Part shown: in pieces, positions 1 through 11,532 of the stretch | Position numbering within the stretch: the stretch's first letter is position 1 | Layout of the letters: each line of letters begins with the position of its first letter | Assembly (NCBI RefSeq): GCF_004010195.1 | Contig: NC_057718.1 | Span: 333,389-366,765 of the forward strand | Direction of reading: 5' to 3' | Origin: Chiloscyllium plagiosum | Lineage: Eukaryota | Length of the DNA: 33,377 bases | The notes under the pieces: generated by a model | What the model was told of the DNA's origin: nothing | Database searches by the model: none | Seen by the model: the letters and a program-made list of their open reading frames with translations, nothing else | Position numbers and translations under genes: made by a program

Positions 1-733
1 GCAGGACTTATACACTTAATGGTAAGGTCCTAGGGAGTGTTGCTGAACAAAGAGACCTTGGAGTGCAGGTTCATAGCTCCTTGAAAGTGGAGTCGCAGGT
101 AGATAGGATAGTGAAGAAGGCATTTGGTATGCTTTCCTTTATTGGTCAGAGTATTGAGTACAGGAGTTGGGAGGTCATGTTGCAGCTGTACAGGACATTG
201 GTTAGGCCACTGTTGGAACATTGCATGCAATTCTGGTCTCCTTCCTATTGGAAAGATGTGAAACTTGAAAGGGTTCAGAAAAGATTTACAAGGATGTTGC
301 CAGGGTTGGAGGATTTGAGATACAGCAAGAGGCTGAATAGGCTGGGGCTGTTTTCCCTGGAGCATCGGAGGCTGAGGGGTGACCTTATAAAGTTTTATAA
401 AATCATGAGGTGTATGGATAAATAGACAAGGTATTTTCCCTGGGGTGATGGAGTGGAAAATTAGAGAAGGGAAAAATTTTAAAGGGACCTAAGGGGCAAC
501 GTTTTCACACAGAGGGTGGTACGTGTATGGAATGAATTGCCAGAGGATGTGGTGGAGACTGGTACAATTTCAACATTTAAAAGGCACCCGGATGGGTATA
601 TGAATAGGAAGGGTTTGAAGGGTTATGGGCCAAGTGCTTGCAAATGGGACTAGATTAGTTTAGGATATCTGTTTGGCATGGACGAGTTGGACCGAAGGGT
701 CTGTTCTCGTGCTGTACATCTCTATCATTCTAT
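1..733 (+). mobile_element. CR1-type LINE, 3' part (C-terminal ORF2 and 3'UTR)
   Basis: Encodes LQLYRTLVRPLLEHCMQFWSP...LERVQKRFTRMLPGL...LRGDLI; 3' tail ctctatcattctat. Confidence 0.92.
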
Positions 734-862
734 TTAAGTGAACAGAAAGTCTCCAGGGATTTGTCGAATCCAGCTTGCCATGTTTTGGGGACAAGGCTAA
801 GAGTGATGTACTGAAGGGTCAGTATAGGCCAATCCTGAACTCTCACCAACAGGTTCACCCAC

Positions 863-1056
863 CTTCAACTGAGGATCCTGCTGATGGCCTTGTACCAGAT
901 GGATTGGGTTGATATGGTCTTGGAGATACAATGTCAGTCTGTCCTGGTGGACCCACCGAACAGTCATCTCCTGAGTAACCGTGGCAACATCTCCATTCCA
1001 TTTCTGTCACCATTTTGTATGCAATCTTGTATCGCGGCTTCATGAAGGAACGATAA
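863..1056 (-). CDS. EMILIN1: EMILIN1 coding exon 3 (second half of EMI domain and Pro/Ser linker)
   Basis: Acceptor tctcacag|T. Encodes YRSFMKPRYKIAYKMVTEMEWRCCHGYSGDDCSVGPPGQ...SSVE, then G|GTGGGT as the likely phase-1 donor; read-through stops at 855. WRCCxGYxGDDC is the EMI C-terminal signature. The donor position is less certain than the acceptor. Confidence 0.94.
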
Positions 1057-1085
1057 CTGTGAGATACAAATGGACAGGAAACCTT

Positions 1086-1580
1086 CAGTTCTGGTTGCCC
1101 AGTTATAGGAAGGATATTATTAAGCTGGAGAGCGTTCAAAAGAGATTTGCCAGGATGTTGTCGGGTAAACAAAGAAAGGCTGGAGAGGCTGGAACATTTT
1201 TGACTGGAACATAGGAGGTTGAAAGGCAGCCTTACAAGTTTATAAAATAACGAGGGGTATAGATAGGGTTAATGGTAGCTGTCTTTTGCCTAGGATGGGG
1301 CATTTTAAGACTGGGGGGGCACACTTTTAAGGTGAGAGGAGAGAGATTTAAAAAAGACATGAGGCAAAGTTTTTACACAAAGGGTGGTTCCCACTGGAAT
1401 GAATTTCCTGAGGAAATGGTAGATTTGGATACAATTACAATGTTTAATTTGGATAGATACATGAATAGGAAAGATTTGAAAGGATATGGGCCAGGAGCAG
1501 GCAGGTGGGAACTAGTTTAGTTTGAGATTGTGTCCGGCCTGGACTAGTTGGTCCCACTCTGTATGACCCTGTTACTCTAA
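1086..1580 (+). mobile_element. CR1-type LINE, 5'-truncated 3' fragment
   Basis: Encodes QFWLPSYRKDIIKLESVQKRFARML; the 3'UTR resembles that of the copy at 1-733. Confidence 0.88.
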
Positions 1581-1844
1581 GTAGGCATAAAAAAGGAGTA
1601 CAGTTCTGTCGTGTTGTTCCATTGAGTTCAAGTTTATGACCATTGCATTCCTTAAGGATCAGGAGCATGGGGAATTGGTAACATATTTGCGTAGACATTG
1701 AAGGTGACAGTGCAAGATAAGAAAGAATTAATAAGGCGAGTGGCACCCTGGGCCTTACAAATAGAGAAATAAAGAACAAAATCAAGGAAGCAATGAGGAA
1801 CCTTTATAAAATGGAGGTTCAGCCTCAATGAGAGGACTGTGACA

Positions 1845-3630
1845 TAAAGTCATAGTCAGAGTCCTACAGCACAGAGACAGGCCCTTTGGCCAAACTGGTC
1901 CATGCCAACCAAAATGTCCAACTACGCTAACCCCATTTCCCTGGCCCATATCCTTTCCTATCCATGTATTTGTTCAAATGCCTTTTAAATGTTATTAATG
2001 TACCCGCTTCAACAACTTCCGCTGGCAGCTCATTCCATATGCGTACCACCCTCTGTGTAAAAAGTTGCTCCTCAGATAACCTTTTATTCTTTCCCCTCTA
2101 ACCTTAAACTGATGCCCTCTAGTCCTCGATTCCCCAACCCTGGGAAAAAGGCTGAATGCATTCATCCTACCCAAGCCTCTTATGATATTACACATTTCTG
2201 TAAGATCCCCACTCAGTCTCATACGCTCAAAAGAAAAAAGGGTCTAGCTTGTCCAACTGCTCCTTATTATTCAGACCCTTGAGTCCTGGCAAAATTCTTG
2301 TAATTTTCTTCTGCACCGTTTCCAGTTTGATAACGTCCTTCCTATGGCAAGGTGACCAAAACTAAACACAATGCTCCAACTGTATTCTCACCAACATCAT
2401 GTATAACTGCAACATAATTCCCCAACTCCTATACTCAATTGCCTGACTGATGGAGGCCAGTGTGCCAAAAGCCTTCTTCACTGCCCTGTCTACCTGGGAN
2501 NNNNNNNNNNNNNNNNNNNNNNNNNNNNNNNNNNNNNNNNNNNNNNNNNNNNNNNNNNNNNNNNNNNNNNNNNNNNNNNNNNNNNNNNNNNNNNNNNNNN
2601 NNNNNNNTCCCATTTGCCAGCTGCCCCTAACCTTTCAGAGTAGCCTACCATGTGGAATTTTATCAAAGTCTGTATAGATTTCTGTAAGACCTATGTCTAT
2701 CGTCTTGCCCTCCTCAATTTTCCTTGTCATTTCATCAAATAACTCTAATAAGCTTCTGAGGCATGATACCCCATGCACAAAGCCATGCTGACTGCTAATC
2801 AAACCCTATCTTTCCAAATTCATGTTGTATCTTATCCCTCAGAATCTTCTCAAGTAACCTACTGACCACAGAAGTGTTAGGTTTATGGTTTATAGTTGTC
2901 AGGATTTTCTTTACAGCTCTTGTTCAATAATGGCACATTCACTACCCTCCAGTCTTCCGGGACCTCACCCATGGCTAACAACGATATAAAGATATCAGCC
3001 AGGGCCACTGCAATTTCTTCTCTAGCCCCTTGCAGTGTCCTTGGATATATCTGGTCAGGACCAGGAGATTTATCCACTTTCATACATTCTAATATGTCCA
3101 ACACCTCCTCTCCTATGATATGGACTGTCCCCAAGATATGGCCACTAACTCCCCCTAGGTCTTTATGTCTTTCTCCACAGTAAACACAGAGGAGAAATAT
3201 TCATTGAGGACATCACCCATCTCCTGCAGTTCTAAATATACATGTCCACTTTGGTCCTTAAGGGGGGTCCTATTCTTTTTCCTTTAATATACTTAAAGAA
3301 CCTCTTTCAATTCACCCTAACCTTCTCAGCCAAGGCTACCTCATGCCCCTTTTTCACCCTTCTGATTTCCTCCTTCAGTCACCTCCTGTATTTCCTGTAT
3401 ACCTCCAGGGATTCCTTTGATCCCAGGTGCCTGGACCTGAGCCATGCTTCCTTGTTTCTGGTCAAAACCTCAATATCTCTTGTCAGCGAGGGTTCCCTAT
3501 TCCTACCAACCTTGCCCTTCACCCTCACAGGAACATATAGACCTTGAACTCTAGCTATCTCATTTTTGAGAAAACCCTTTGCCTACAAACAAACTCCAAT
3601 CAACCCCTGCAAGATCCTGTCTAATCCCAT
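1845..3630 (-). mobile_element. CR1-type LINE, decayed ORF2 containing an N gap
   Basis: Encodes DKSPGPDQIYPR...GEVPEDWRV, VKKAFGTLA and LSGDLTEM; 3' tail near 1850. Confidence 0.9.
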
Positions 3631-3641
3631 CAAAATTCACC

Positions 3642-4420
3642 TTTATTGCCCAGCCCTAATTTCCCTTGTGAAGGTGGTGGTGAACTGTCTCCTTGAGCCA
3701 CTGCAGTCCACGTGCTTTGGGTAGACCCACAGTGTTGTTAGGGAGGGAATTCTAGGATTTCGACCCAGTGAAGGGACAGGTGATGTATTTCCAAGTCAGG
3801 ATGGCGAGTGGCTTGATGGGGAACTTGCAGCTGTTAGTATTTTCACATTTCAGCTACCCTAGATATGGTGCCAATCATGCGGGCTACTTTGTCCTGGATG
3901 TTGTCAAGCTTCCTGAGTGTTGTTGGAGCTGCCCCCATCCAGGCAAGTGGGGAGTATTCCATCACACTCCTGACTTGTGCCTTGTCGATGGCTTTGGGGA
4001 GTCAGGAGATGAGTTTTCCTATATAAGATTCCTAGCTTCTGACCTGCTGTTGTAGTCACAGTAGTTATATGACTAGTCCAGTTCAGTTTTGGTCAATGCT
4101 AACCCCCCACCCCACATCCAGATGTTGATAGTGTAGGGTGCAGTGATGGTAATGTCATTGAATGTCAAGGGATGATGGTCTGATTCTTTCTTGTTGGCAA
4201 TGGTCATTGTCTGGCATCTGTGTGATAACAATGTTACTCGCCACTTATCAACATTTCGACATGGACTGCATCAGTATCTGAGGAGTTGTGAATGGTGCTG
4301 ACCATTGTGTAATCATTAGCAAATATGTCCATTTCTGACCTTACAATGGAGGGAAGGTCATTGATGAAGCAGCTAAAGATGGTTGGGCCTAGGACAGTAC
4401 CCGAGGAATTGCTGTAGGTT
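3642..4420 (-). mobile_element. L2/CR1-superfamily LINE fragments (second family)
   Basis: 3642-3830 is the reverse complement of the 3' region seen at 31750-31930. Near 4290-4375 it encodes an INDLPSIVRSEMDIFAND-like reverse transcriptase (RT) motif. Confidence 0.7.
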
Positions 4421-4463
4421 TATGCCAGGACTGTACATGGGCACTAGGACCGTAAATACTCAC

Positions 4464-4589
4464 ATCACTGTCCGTGGGCATTGTAGTGGGCCCCATCCAC
4501 AGGGCTGATACTCAGGTTTGACGAATGTTGCTACACCATCTTCAATGATGCAGGATACCACCCGTGTAACTACATAGGCACACCAATTC
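4464..4589 (-). CDS. EMILIN1: EMILIN1 coding exon 2 (first half of EMI domain)
   Basis: Acceptor tttaacag|G and donor AT|GTGAGT; 126 bp, phase 2-2. Encodes (R)NWCAYVVTRVVSCIIEDGVATFVKPEYQPCGWGPLQCPRTV(I), containing the EMI-domain NWCAYVV motif. Confidence 0.96.
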
Positions 4590-5332
4590 CTGTTAAATAC
4601 AAGGAGAGAGATCAGCCCAGTACGTCAGTATCTGGATCCATTCTCAATGTTCATGCATTTTTAAAACAAGTTAGGCAGTATTTACTGAGAAGGTGAGGCA
4701 GGTTTGGTGGAGGTTATGATGGCAACCTTAGTCTATTGTCTGACCTGTTCATTACTTATAATTAAAGTGCTAATTGTGAACACTCAGCCTGGAATTTTTG
4801 GACAGCAGAGTGGACCTCTGCTGTGGCTAGGTCCAAAAGGTGAGAAGCAACTGGGTGAACCCTGAAAAACAGCTCCCAATTAATCTACTTGAAATGCCCC
4901 TTCTGTGGAGAGGGTCCCCCTCTTTAGTGATCTCCTGGCAGCAGTTGACACCATTAGTGAACTGCTCAATTCCTCAGTTAAAACTTCACCGAGAGCTTCA
5001 AGCCACCCTCAATACTTCCATTGGAGGAGCACTGAGAACCCACTACATTCATGGAATTGGACACTGACTTCAGGAACAGTCAATCAGGAGTCTGCCTGAA
5101 ACGTGCAGAACCTGTCTCATGGCATTGGGACTCCTAGTTTATCCCAAAGGCAGGACCCTGGAGTCCATGGGAAAACCCATCCTGTTCCATTGATCAGTTG
5201 AGGAAATATTCTGAAATATCTACCTTGCCGGAGAAGCTTGCATATGATAACTTTCACTGGTAAATCTATTCACAAATTCCATGTTAGCATATTCCATCTT
5301 AGAAATATATGGACAAGCAGCAAACATTCCAT

Positions 5333-6709
5333 GTGGGATCAGGCCTCACCCTCAACAACTTCTCTTTCCAATCCTTCCACTTCCTCCAGACCAAAGAGGT
5401 AGCCATGGGCACCCCATGGGCCCCAGCTGTGCCTGTCTCCTTACTGGGTACATGGAACAGTCCATCTTCCACAGTTACACTGACACCAGCTCCCACCTGT
5501 TCCTCTGCTACATCGATGACTGTATCAGTGCCACCTCGTGCTCCCACGAGGAGGTGGAACAGTTTATCAACTTTACCAACACCTTCCACCCCAACCTCAA
5601 ATTCACCTGGACCATTTCGGACACCTCCCTCCCCTTCCTGGACCTTTCCATCTCCATCTCTGGCAACAGACTAACCACAGACATCTACTACAAACCCAAC
5701 GATTCCCACAGCTACCTAGACTACACCTCCTCCCACCCTTCCTCCTGTAAAAATGCCATCCCTTATTCTCAAAACCTCTGCCTCAGCCGCATCTATTCCT
5801 AGGATGACCAATTCCATCTTAGAAAATCCCAGATGGCCTCTTTCTTTCAAGATCGCAATTTCTTGTCCCATGTGGTCAACGATGCCCTCCAGCGCATCCC
5901 CTTCACTTCACGCACCACTGCCCTTGAACCCCACCCCTCCCATTGCAACAAGGACAGAAATCCTTGGTCTTCATCTTCCACCCCACTCTGGTACCTTCCC
6001 CTGCCACATCAGGAATTGCAAAACCTGCGCCCACACCTCCCTCCTCACCTCTGCCCAAGGCCCCAAAGGATCCTTCCACATCCATCAGAAATTTTCCTGT
6101 ATCTCTACCAATGTCACCTACTGCATCCATTGCACCCGGTGTGGTCTCCTCTACATCGGGGAGACAGACGCCTTCTTGCGGATTGTTTCAGAGAACATCT
6201 CTGGGACACCCACACCCACCGATCCCACTGCCCCGTGGCTGAACATTTCAACTCCCCCTCCCGCTCCGTCAAAGACATGCAGGTCCTAGACCTCATCCAC
6301 CACCAAACAATTACCACCCGATGCCTGGAGGAAGAAAGCCTCACATTCTGCCTTGGGACTCTGCAACCACATGGGATAAATGTGGATTTCACCAGCTTCC
6401 TCATTCCCCCTCCCCCCACATTACCTCAGTCCCAAGCCTCCAACTTGACACCACTCTCCTGACCTGTTCATTGTCTTTCCCAGCTATCCACTCCACTCCC
6501 CCCTCCTCTGACCTGTCATCTTCTCCCTCACCTTCATCCACCTATCACTTTCTCAGCTCCTTTCCACCGACTTCACCCCCCTCCTATTTATTTCTCAGCC
6601 CCCAGCCCACAAGCCTCTTCCTGATGAAGGGCTTATGCCCAAAATGTTGATTCCCCTGCTCCCCGGATGCTGCCTGACCTGCTGTGCTTTTCCAGCAACA
6701 CACTCTCAA
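5333..6709 (+). mobile_element. Penelope-like retroelement (decayed RT and GIY-YIG, 5'-truncated)
   Basis: RT motifs LTLNNFSF..AMGT, YIDD, LPFLDL and YYKP.DSHSYL; endonuclease motif NVTYCIHCTRCGLLYIGET. The 3' terminus carries a CTGATGA core. Degenerate flanking direct repeats cagcaaacattccat (5318-5332) and cagccaatgttccat (6710-6724). Confidence 0.9.
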
Positions 6710-7099
6710 CAGCCAATGTTCCATTTCAGGCGGGGTGCCTTCAGACAGCAGTAACCACCGGTTATGGCCTTCACGTCACACTTGCAAACATCTGTGAAAT
6801 GGGGCCTTCAGTCATCCAGAAACTCACTTCACCAGACAGAAACTACTGGGTCTCCTATCCTGCAACCATACCCAAGCAGCAGCCACTTCTGGTGATGAGC
6901 CAGTCATTTGGGACCTCGATCTTTGATGGATTGACACTTTTGTCATTTTGTCTTGCTTGTTTATACCCATAATGCACAACAGACAGCAAAGAAGGACACT
7001 ATCATTTCATGGCCATATACCATGTTGCTGACAACACAGGGGCACTGTCAAAAATCTACTTGGTCTTCAGAACTGGCTCCACGTTATCCAGTGGTATTT

Positions 7100-7820
7100 T
7101 GTGAGTCAAGGTTTACTAAAACTAAACAAAAGATACCTCGTGGCATTAGGGATAACACATGAGGATGGATTGAAAATTTGCTGGCTTAGAGGGGAGGCAA
7201 AAATGGGACATGTTCCTGAGTGGCACAAAGAGATAAACGATGTGATACAGGGATCAGTTCAGGTGCTTCAATTTCTTATAATTTATACAAATGACTCAGA
7301 TGAAGGAATGAACAGCATGGTTGCTAAATTTCAGGATGGCACAAAGATAACCGAAAAGTATCTTGTTATAGTGTCGTGCAGCACAGAAACAGACTCTTCG
7401 GGCCTATCAGTCCATCCAGAACATAATCCCAAACAAAACTAACCCTACCTGCCTGCTCCTGGCCCATATCCCTCCAAACCTTATTCATGTATTTATTGGA
7501 ATGGCCTTTATATGTTGTAATTGTGCCCACATCCACCACTCCCTCAGGAAGTTCATTCCACACACAAACCCCCACTCTGTGTGTAAACAATTTACACCTA
7601 TTTATCTCTTTCTTAAATACACTCAATGATTTGGCTTCTACATACGTCTGGCAGTGAGTTCCACTGCCAACCCCCCTCCGAACCTGCTTGTTAACGTACA
7701 GAGAATCCTGAGTTAGGACTCTCAAGTCCCTTTGTGCTTCAGATTTCCAAAGCCTTTCCCCATTTAGAAAACAGTCTACATCAGTATGCTTCCTACCAAA
7801 GTTCCTACCATGACTTAACA
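7100..7820. mobile_element. Old CR1 fragments in both orientations
   Basis: Plus-strand VIQGSV..FLIIYTND..VAKFQDGTKI to about 7365, followed by a minus-strand CR1 3' end (7366 to about 7600) and further pieces. Confidence 0.75.
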
Positions 7821-8607
7821 CTATCCCACATTTTGAAGCCTAAACACACGCATCAGCCGGTTTCGTAATAATTTCTACCCTACTGTTGTTAGATTCCTAT
7901 CGCACTTTTAGTTTGTAACCTGTAAATATTTCCCCTATTCACCTTCAATCTGAAAGTAACCTTACACAGATTGTCAAATTAGCAGCTATTCCCAATCACT
8001 GAACACAGTTTTCCTGTGATGTCACTCTTTCTTTTGTGCTGGGCCCCCGATCCTGAACTACAATTTATCTTGTAAAAAGACCTCACAAACTACAAAAAAA
8101 ACCTATTCCCATCTGTATTGAGTTTCCATACTGCTGCCAAATTCCCCAAACTATATACTTCCTTGAACACGGGTGAGGTCCCCGAGGACTGGAGAATTGC
8201 TAATGTTCCCTTGTTTAAGAAGGGTAGCGAGGATAATCCAGATAATTATAGACTGGAGAGCCTGATGTTAGTGGTAGGAAAGCCACTGGAGAAGATACTG
8301 AGGGAAAGGATCTATTTACATTTGGAAGAAAATAGTCTAATCAGTGATACGCAGCATGGTCTTGTACAGGGAAGGTCATGTCTTACCAACTTAATAGAAT
8401 TCTTTGAGGAAGTGGTAAAGTGATTGATGAGGGAAGGGCTGTAGATGTCATTTACATGGACTTCAGTAAAGTGTTTGATAAGATTCCCCATGGTAGGCTT
8501 ATGGAGAAAGTGAAGTCACATGGGGTCCAGGTTGTACTAGCTAGATGGATTAGGAACTGACTGGGCAACAGAAGACAGAGTAGTAGTGGAAGGGAGTTTC
8601 TCAAAAT

Positions 8608-11532
8608 AGAACATAGAACGTAGAAAGGTACAGCACAGAACAGGCCTTTCAGTCCACGATGTTGTGCTGAGGATTATTCCTAATCTAAAATAAAATAACC
8701 AAACATACGCACCCTTCAACTCACTGCTATCCATGAGCATATCCAGCAGTTGCTTAAATGTCCCCAATGACTCTGCTTCCATCACCACAGCTGGCAACGC
8801 ATTCCATGCATTCACAACTCTCTGTGTAAAGAATCTCCCTCTGACATCTCCTCTATACCTTTCTCTGTATATCTTAAAACTATGACCCCTCGTACCAGTC
8901 AATCCTGCCCTGGGGAAAAGTTTCTGGCTATTGACTCTATCCAAGCCTCTCATTACCTTGTATACCTCGATCAGGTCATCTCTCTTCTTCCTTCTCTCCA
9001 GAGAGAAAACTCTGAGCTTCGTCAACCTTTCTTCATAAGACAAGCCCTCCAGTCCAGGCAGCATCCTGGTAAACCTTCTTTGCACCCTCTCCAAAGCCTT
9101 TGTACCTTTCCTATAGTAGGGTGACCAGAACTGGACACAATATTCCAAGTGTGGTCTCACCAGGGACTTGTCGAGCTGCAGCAAAACCTCGCGGCTCTTA
9201 AACTCGATCCCCTGTTAATGAAAACCAAAACACCGTATGCTTTCTTAACAACCCAATCCACTTGGGTAGCAACTTTTAGGGATCTATGTACTTGCACACC
9301 AAGATCCCTCTGTTCCTCCACACTGCCAAGAATTCTGTCTTTAATCCTATATTCAGCATTCGAGTTCAACCTCCCAAAATGCATCACTTCACATTTATCT
9401 AGGTTGAACTCCATCTGCCATTTCTCAGCCCAGCTCTGCATCCTGTCTATGTCACGCTGCAGCCTGCAATAGCCCTCGATACTGTCGACGACACCCCCAA
9501 CCTTTGTGTCATCTGCAAATTTACTAACCCACCCCTCAACCTCCTCATCCAAGTCATTTATAAAAACTACAAAGAACAGAGGCCCAAGAACAGAGCCCTG
9601 TGGGACCCCACTCACCACTGACCTCCAGGCAGAATACTTCCCATCTACAACCATTCTCTGCCTTCTGTCAGCCAGCCAATTCTGAATCCAGACAGCCAAA
9701 TCTCTCTGTATCCCATATTTCCTGACTTTATGAATGAGCCTACCATGGGGAACCCTATCAAATTCCTGAAGAAGGGCTTATGCCCAAAACGTCGATTGTC
9801 CTGCTCCTCGGATGCTGCCTGACCTGCTGTGTTTTTCCAGCACCACATTTTTCAAGTCTGGTCTCCAGCATCTGCAGTCCTCACTTTCTCCTAGGAACCC
9901 TATCAAATGCCTTGCTGAAGTCCATATACACCACATCCACTGCTCGACCTTTAACCTGCCTTGTCACCTCCTCAAAGAACTCAATAAGATTTGTGAGGCA
10001 TGACCTGCCCCTCACAAAGCCATGCTGACTGCCTTTAATCACGCTATGCTTTTCCAAATAGTCATAAATCCTATCCCTCAGAATTCTTTCCAAAACTTTG
10101 CTGACCACAGACGTAAGACTGACTGGTCTGTAATTGCCAGGGATTTCCCTATTCCCCTTCTTGAAAAGAGGAACAACTTTCACCTCCCTCCCATCCTCCG
10201 GTACGACTCCCGTGGAGAGTGAGGAGGCAAAGATCTTCACCAGCAGCTTAGCGACCTCCTTTCTTGCTTCCCGGAGCAGCATGGGATAAATCAGGTCTGG
10301 CCCCGGGGACTTATCAATCTTAATGTTTGCCAAACTTTCAAGCACATAAACTTCATCAATCTCGATCTGTTCAAGCCTGTTTCTCAGCTCCTCAAAGTTC
10401 TCATTCACAACAAGGTCCAAGTGAAAACCGAAGCAAAAAGCTCATTTAGGGCGACCCTATCTGCTCAGACTCCACACACAAGTTCCCTATGCTATCTCTG
10501 ACTAGTCCTACCTTCTCCCTGATCATTCTCTTATTCCTCACATATGAGTAAAATGCATTTGGGTTCTCCCTAAACCTTCCTGCCAAGCCTTTCTCGTGCC
10601 CCCTCTGGCTCCTCAGTCCATTTCTGAGCTCCTTTCTAGTAAGCCTGTAATCCTCTAAAGCTGTGCTAGATCCTTCCTTCCTCCACCTTACGTAAGCTGC
10701 CTTCTTCCTTTTGACGAGAAGCTCCTCTGTTCTCGTCATCCAAGGTTCTTTAATCTTACCCCTTCTCACCTGTCTCAGAGAAACAAATTTATGCATCACT
10801 CACAACAACGCTCCTTAAACAGTCTCCACATGTCTGTTGTGCCCTTTCTGTGGAACAATTGCTCCCAATCTGTACTTCCCAACTCCTGTCTAATGGCGTA
10901 ATATTTTCCTTTACCCCAATTAAATATCTTCCCTCGATAACTGCTCCTTTCCCTCTCCAAGGCTATGGTAAATGTGAGGCAGTTGTGATCACTGTCACCA
11001 AAATGTTCACTCACCACAAGATCTGACACCGGTCCTGGCCTATTGCCGAGCACCAAATCCAAAATGGCCTCTCCCCTCGTCGGCCTGTCTACATACTGAG
11101 TAAGGAAACCTCCTGAACACACCTGACAAAAACGGGTCCATCCAAACCATCTGCACTAACGATGTTCCAGTCGATATTGGGAAAGTTGAAATCACCCATA
11201 ACAACAACCCTGCTACATCTGCATTTTTCCAAAATCTGCTGGTCTATGGGTTCTTCAATCTCCCTACTGCTATTGGTCTGTAGAAAACCCCCAATGAGGT
11301 GGCTGTTCCTTTACTGTTCCTAACTTCCACCCATACTGACTCAATAGACAAACCTTCCTCAACAACCTTTGTTTCTGTAGCTGTGATGCACTCTCTGATT
11401 AGCAATGCTACACCCCCTCCTCTTTTTCCACCCTCCCTGTTCTTTTTAAATGTTCTAAACTCTGGAACATCTAGCGACCATTCCTGCCCCTGTGAAACCC
11501 ACATCTCCATTATGGCCATAAAATCCTAATCC
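8608..11532 (-). mobile_element. Near full-length CR1 ORF2 (APE endonuclease and RT), frameshifted
   Basis: Encodes GGGVALLI, PTRGEAILDLVL..DSDHN, NYRPVSLTS, GVPQGSVLGP, FADDTK and LEYCVQFWSP. The tail reads agaacatagaac at 8608 on the plus strand, and caaaat flanks both ends. Confidence 0.94.
9764..9893 (+). mobile_element. 130-bp solo PLE terminal fragment with hammerhead-like core
   Basis: Matches 6619-6700. Exact 15-bp TSD ggaaccctatcaaat at 9749-9763 and 9894-9908. Confidence 0.9.

Noticed and set aside
855..1172. 105-aa ORF as a standalone gene
   Set aside because: It is antisense CR1 and intron sequence fused to EMILIN1 exon 3.
5281..6462. Functional or domesticated RT/GIY-YIG gene
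   Set aside because: Frameshifts, a stop at 5800-5802, an internal deletion and 5' truncation mark it as a dead PLE copy.
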